Under the pieces are notes generated by a model. That model did no database searches and was not told the DNA's origin. It saw only the letters and a list, made by a program, of their open reading frames with translations. From Candidatus Micrarchaeota archaeon (GTDB lineage: Archaea > B1Sed10-29 > JAJSAI01): DNA of 19,088 bases. Position 1 is the stretch's first letter; every line of letters starts with the position of its first letter. Made by a program: the position numbers and the translations under genes. Shown one piece after another: positions 16,474 through 19,088 of the stretch. The stretch covers positions 19,394 to 38,481 of the forward strand of contig CAZVAJ010000008.1 in the NCBI GenBank assembly GCA_964625085.1. Direction: 5' to 3'.

Positions 16474-17285
16474 TTTAGTATGTCAAATACTACCTGAACT
16501 TTTCCTGGTGAAAACGGCCTTACTACTCTCTTAAACAGTATTTTCGCGTTTTTAGCCCTTTTTCTAACTATCTCCTCTCCTAATGCATAGGGGTCTTTTC
16601 TATCCCCGAAGTAGTAAAAGTGTATTATCCCCCCTTTTTTAACGTGCTTGAACGCGAGGTCTAGGAAGTCTTCTCCTGTTTTGGGCAGGGGCATTATAAT
16701 CCTGTCCATTTTTTCAGGAATTTTTTCAGCCTCTTTTTTCACGTCCCCGAGTATGGGTATCATTTTTTCTTCAACCTTGTTCAAGCGGATGTTCTTCTGC
16801 ATCCACTTTACTGCTTCCGGGTTTAGTTCTATCGCGTAAATTTTCACGTCAGGCACTTTTTTTAGTATCACAAGCCCGAAGGGCCCGACTCCAGCAAACC
16901 AGTAGCCTATTATTTCTCCTGGCTTTACTTGATTGGCTATCCTTTCCCTTTCGTGGCTTAGTCTGGGGGTGAAGTACACTTTGCTCACGTCAAGCCGAAT
17001 CCTTGCTCCTGACTCCTTATATTCTGTTATTGTCTTGTTTTCTCCTGCAATTACTTTCACAGGCCTTATCCTGTACGTGCCTTCGTGTATTCCTGCTCTT
17101 TTGCACACTGTTTTAACGTTCTTGTGCACCTCAAGGATTGCTTCGCCTATTTCTTTTTCCCTGTGTTCAAGTTCTCCTGGCACTTCTATTATTGCGATAT
17201 CCCCTATTATGTCAAAACTGGTGACTGCCTTTTCTGCTTCTTCTTCTGAAAGCTTTTTTTCAAGCACCTCTTTTAGGCTTGTCAT
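16470..17285 (-). CDS. Trm5/Met-10+ family tRNA position-37 methyltransferase lacking the D1 domain (Trm5a/Taw21-22-like)
   Basis: SFDIIGDIAII, VYFTPRLSHER, FAGVGPF, IELNPEA, NIRLNKV, RIIMPLPK. ATG 17285 gives an ATGA overlap with nreA and has SD AGGTGG. Confidence 0.85.
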   Translation of the reverse strand: MTSLKEVLEKKLSEEEAEKAVTSFDIIGDIAIIEVPGELEHREKEIGEAILEVHKNVKTVCKRAGIHEGTYRIRPVKVIAGENKTITEYKESGARIRLDVSKVYFTPRLSHERERIANQVKPGEIIGYWFAGVGPFGLVILKKVPDVKIYAIELNPEAVKWMQKNIRLNKVEEKMIPILGDVKKEAEKIPEKMDRIIMPLPKTGEDFLDLAFKHVKKGGIIHFYYFGDRKDPYALGEEIVRKRAKNAKILFKRVVRPFSPGKVQVVFDILN

Positions 17286-18502
17286 GACATCCACCTTGTC
17301 AGTCTCGATTGCACCACATGCTCTTTCAGGATTTTACTGTTATTAAACCATGTTTTGAACCGGACGGGTGATTTTCTACTGATAGTCTCTTCCAGTGTTT
17401 TTAAGTCAGCCACTTTTTCTGGTTTTCCTGCCAGCACTTTTCTGACGCCTTCCCTTACTTGCCACACTCCGACCGGAAGAGTGTATCCTGAGCCAATGTG
17501 CCGGAGCACCAGCACTCCCGCATTCCTGCGCATTTTTCGCAGTTTCTCGTACACCGCGAGCCTGGCAGCAAAATAGCTCCCGCCTATTTCAGGATACTCT
17601 TTTAGCCCTTTCTTGCCTTCTCTGCCTCCTGCTACTACCACTCTTGTCCCAGGATTCCAGGCGCTTTTCCCAGACCATGCTTCAAGCATCTCGAATCCAG
17701 CCCCTTCTGGGAAGAACACGATCACGTAATTGTTGTCATACTGTGATCCTGAGAATACAAGAATCTGTCCTACTAGTGGGCAGTCTCTTATTTTTTTCGC
17801 AAGCTCTTCTGAGAGGATAGAGTCAGAGGCCGTGATGCTCCATCTTGTTGGCACCATCCTTCTTTTCTTCTTGACTCCCAGCATTCCTGCGCTCAGCACT
17901 TGGCTAACCCGGGAAACAGGCACTCCTTTCTCGTACAAATCCGCGAGCGCGTCCCTCGCAGGCAGGTCAGTATCAGACCACACTCGTTCGATTCTGTGAT
18001 CTGTTTTTGTCCCGTAAACAGTTACTCTCCTGGCTTTGGCCGCGGGTGACATGACTTCAGAGCCTGGGTCAAGGGAGAGCCTGGGTTTTTTTTCGAGTTC
18101 TGCTTCTGCATCAGGCGGTGTTCTTGAGAGCACGGTTTCCTGAACTAGCTCAGTGATCTTCTCCTGCTTTTTCACGTTCGCTTCAGCTTCTGTTCTCACG
18201 AGAGAAAACCTCCTCCTGACTATCTCCTGCAAGGGAAGGCTTGTCCATGACTCAGGCGAGTCCAGCTTTTCTGCTTCTTCTGCCAAGGGCGAGATCATGG
18301 GCCCTGCGTACACTCTAGGATACCCGTGTCTTCCTACGAACACGCTGGGAGGGCTTGCTCCCTGCAGTTCCCTGGTGCTGACAACTTTTTCCACCTTTAG
18401 GCTTGCGTAGTACTTTAGGACTAGAGGACATTCTCTCCTGCCACAGAGCATTCTCACGCCCTTGCACACAGTGCACAGTTCAGGAGTAAAAGAGGTATTC
18501 AC
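17282..18502 (-). CDS. nreA: Nre-family archaeal DNA repair protein (PCNA-interacting)
   Basis: N-terminal CTVCKG...LCG...CP, SPPSVFVGRHGYP.V..GPM, VPTRWSITA.D, FEMLEAW, GGSYFAARLAV, PVGVWQVRE; C-terminal PIP QSRLTRW. Confidence 0.93.
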   Translation of the reverse strand: MNTSFTPELCTVCKGVRMLCGRRECPLVLKYYASLKVEKVVSTRELQGASPPSVFVGRHGYPRVYAGPMISPLAEEAEKLDSPESWTSLPLQEIVRRRFSLVRTEAEANVKKQEKITELVQETVLSRTPPDAEAELEKKPRLSLDPGSEVMSPAAKARRVTVYGTKTDHRIERVWSDTDLPARDALADLYEKGVPVSRVSQVLSAGMLGVKKKRRMVPTRWSITASDSILSEELAKKIRDCPLVGQILVFSGSQYDNNYVIVFFPEGAGFEMLEAWSGKSAWNPGTRVVVAGGREGKKGLKEYPEIGGSYFAARLAVYEKLRKMRRNAGVLVLRHIGSGYTLPVGVWQVREGVRKVLAGKPEKVADLKTLEETISRKSPVRFKTWFNNSKILKEHVVQSRLTRWMS

Positions 18503-18576
18503 AGTACCTCTTCTGATGCTTGAGCGATTTAATGGTTACGGAGTTGTTTTAAACTTGTTGAGGTTATTATCAAAAG

Positions 18577-19088
18577 ATGGGCTTTCTCGAAGACTACTTT
18601 ATTAATCCTATACTGCACGGGACAGGATACAATCCCGTGAACACGCTCGTGTACGCGGTCCTGCTAGTTGCCAGCCTTCCCTTGCTTGCCAGGCTCATGA
18701 AAAAGCTTGGGCTGCAGGCAGACGAAAAAACATGGATTTCACTCCTGCCCTTTGTGATCTTCGGGGGCTTGCTTAGGGCAATGCAGGACCACCAAATGTT
18801 TTCTTTCTTATGTGGTGCGGAGTATGCTCTTTTCGTGACCCCCGGGATCTACTTTACTGTTTTCTTGCTCGCGTTCGCGAGCATTCTTCTGGAAAAGAAG
18901 GCTGGGGTTCCAACAGTATTGACAGGTGTTTTCCTGCTCTTGTTCTTCGGGTCTTGGTACATGTTCAACATCCAGACATTAACTCCTTTGGCGTGGGTCT
19001 TGGGAATCGCGGTCATTTCTTTTGCTCCAGTGTACTTTGTTCTTTCAAAGTATTCCTGGCGCACTTTACCAGAAGTTTCCAGCATGCC
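18577..19088 (+). CDS. DUF63-family membrane protein (partial, runs off the window end; absent from the ORF track)
   Basis: Manual translation: MGFLEDYFINPILHGTGYNPVNTLVYAVLL...LLPFVIFGGLLRAMQD...LFVTPGIYF. Frame open to 19088. TTTTAAAC lies 22 nt upstream. Confidence 0.85.
   Translation, partial: MGFLEDYFINPILHGTGYNPVNTLVYAVLLVASLPLLARLMKKLGLQADEKTWISLLPFVIFGGLLRAMQDHQMFSFLCGAEYALFVTPGIYFTVFLLAFASILLEKKAGVPTVLTGVFLLLFFGSWYMFNIQTLTPLAWVLGIAVISFAPVYFVLSKYSWRTLPEVSSM

Noticed and set aside
4041..18410. Numerous 60-186 aa antisense or alternate-frame ORFs (e.g. 6968-7528, 11932-12360, 14673-15098, 16933-17346)
   Set aside because: Shadows of well-supported genes; Phe/Ser/Leu-rich composition expected from the reverse complement of K/E-rich codons, with no motifs.
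18849..19085. 78-aa minus-strand ORF
   Set aside because: Antisense to the DUF63 gene, which has recognisable family motifs.

Overview
Gene-dense archaeal chromosomal window. Evidence for archaeal origin: PolB3-type polymerase, type II MetAP, NreA, a Trm5-family enzyme, a BHB-intron tRNA and TATA/BRE promoters. The accessory proteins look DPANN-like, which is inference only. Left to right: MBL-fold hydrolase and a small coiled-coil gene; a tandem trio of paralogous extracellular-domain proteins, each with a different membrane anchor; a ppsA-aminotransferase pair; a Trm11-like methyltransferase; a small PC4-like protein; an HD hydrolase coupled to endonuclease III; an orphan helical protein with possible ESCRT-III-like features; an uncharacterised HhH glycosylase-like gene; tRNA-Arg(TCG) with a 65-nt structured intron; a membrane protein-map-polB run; a coiled-coil protein; Trm5a-like and NreA genes; and a partial DUF63 gene missing from the ORF track. 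No integrase, transposase or CRISPR array was seen. The best novelty candidates are the three-anchor surface-protein trio, the palindromic element inside the tRNA intron, the PC4-like and ESCRT-III-like orphans, and a DNA-repair-rich neighbourhood. All family assignments are by motif recognition from memory; no searches were run.
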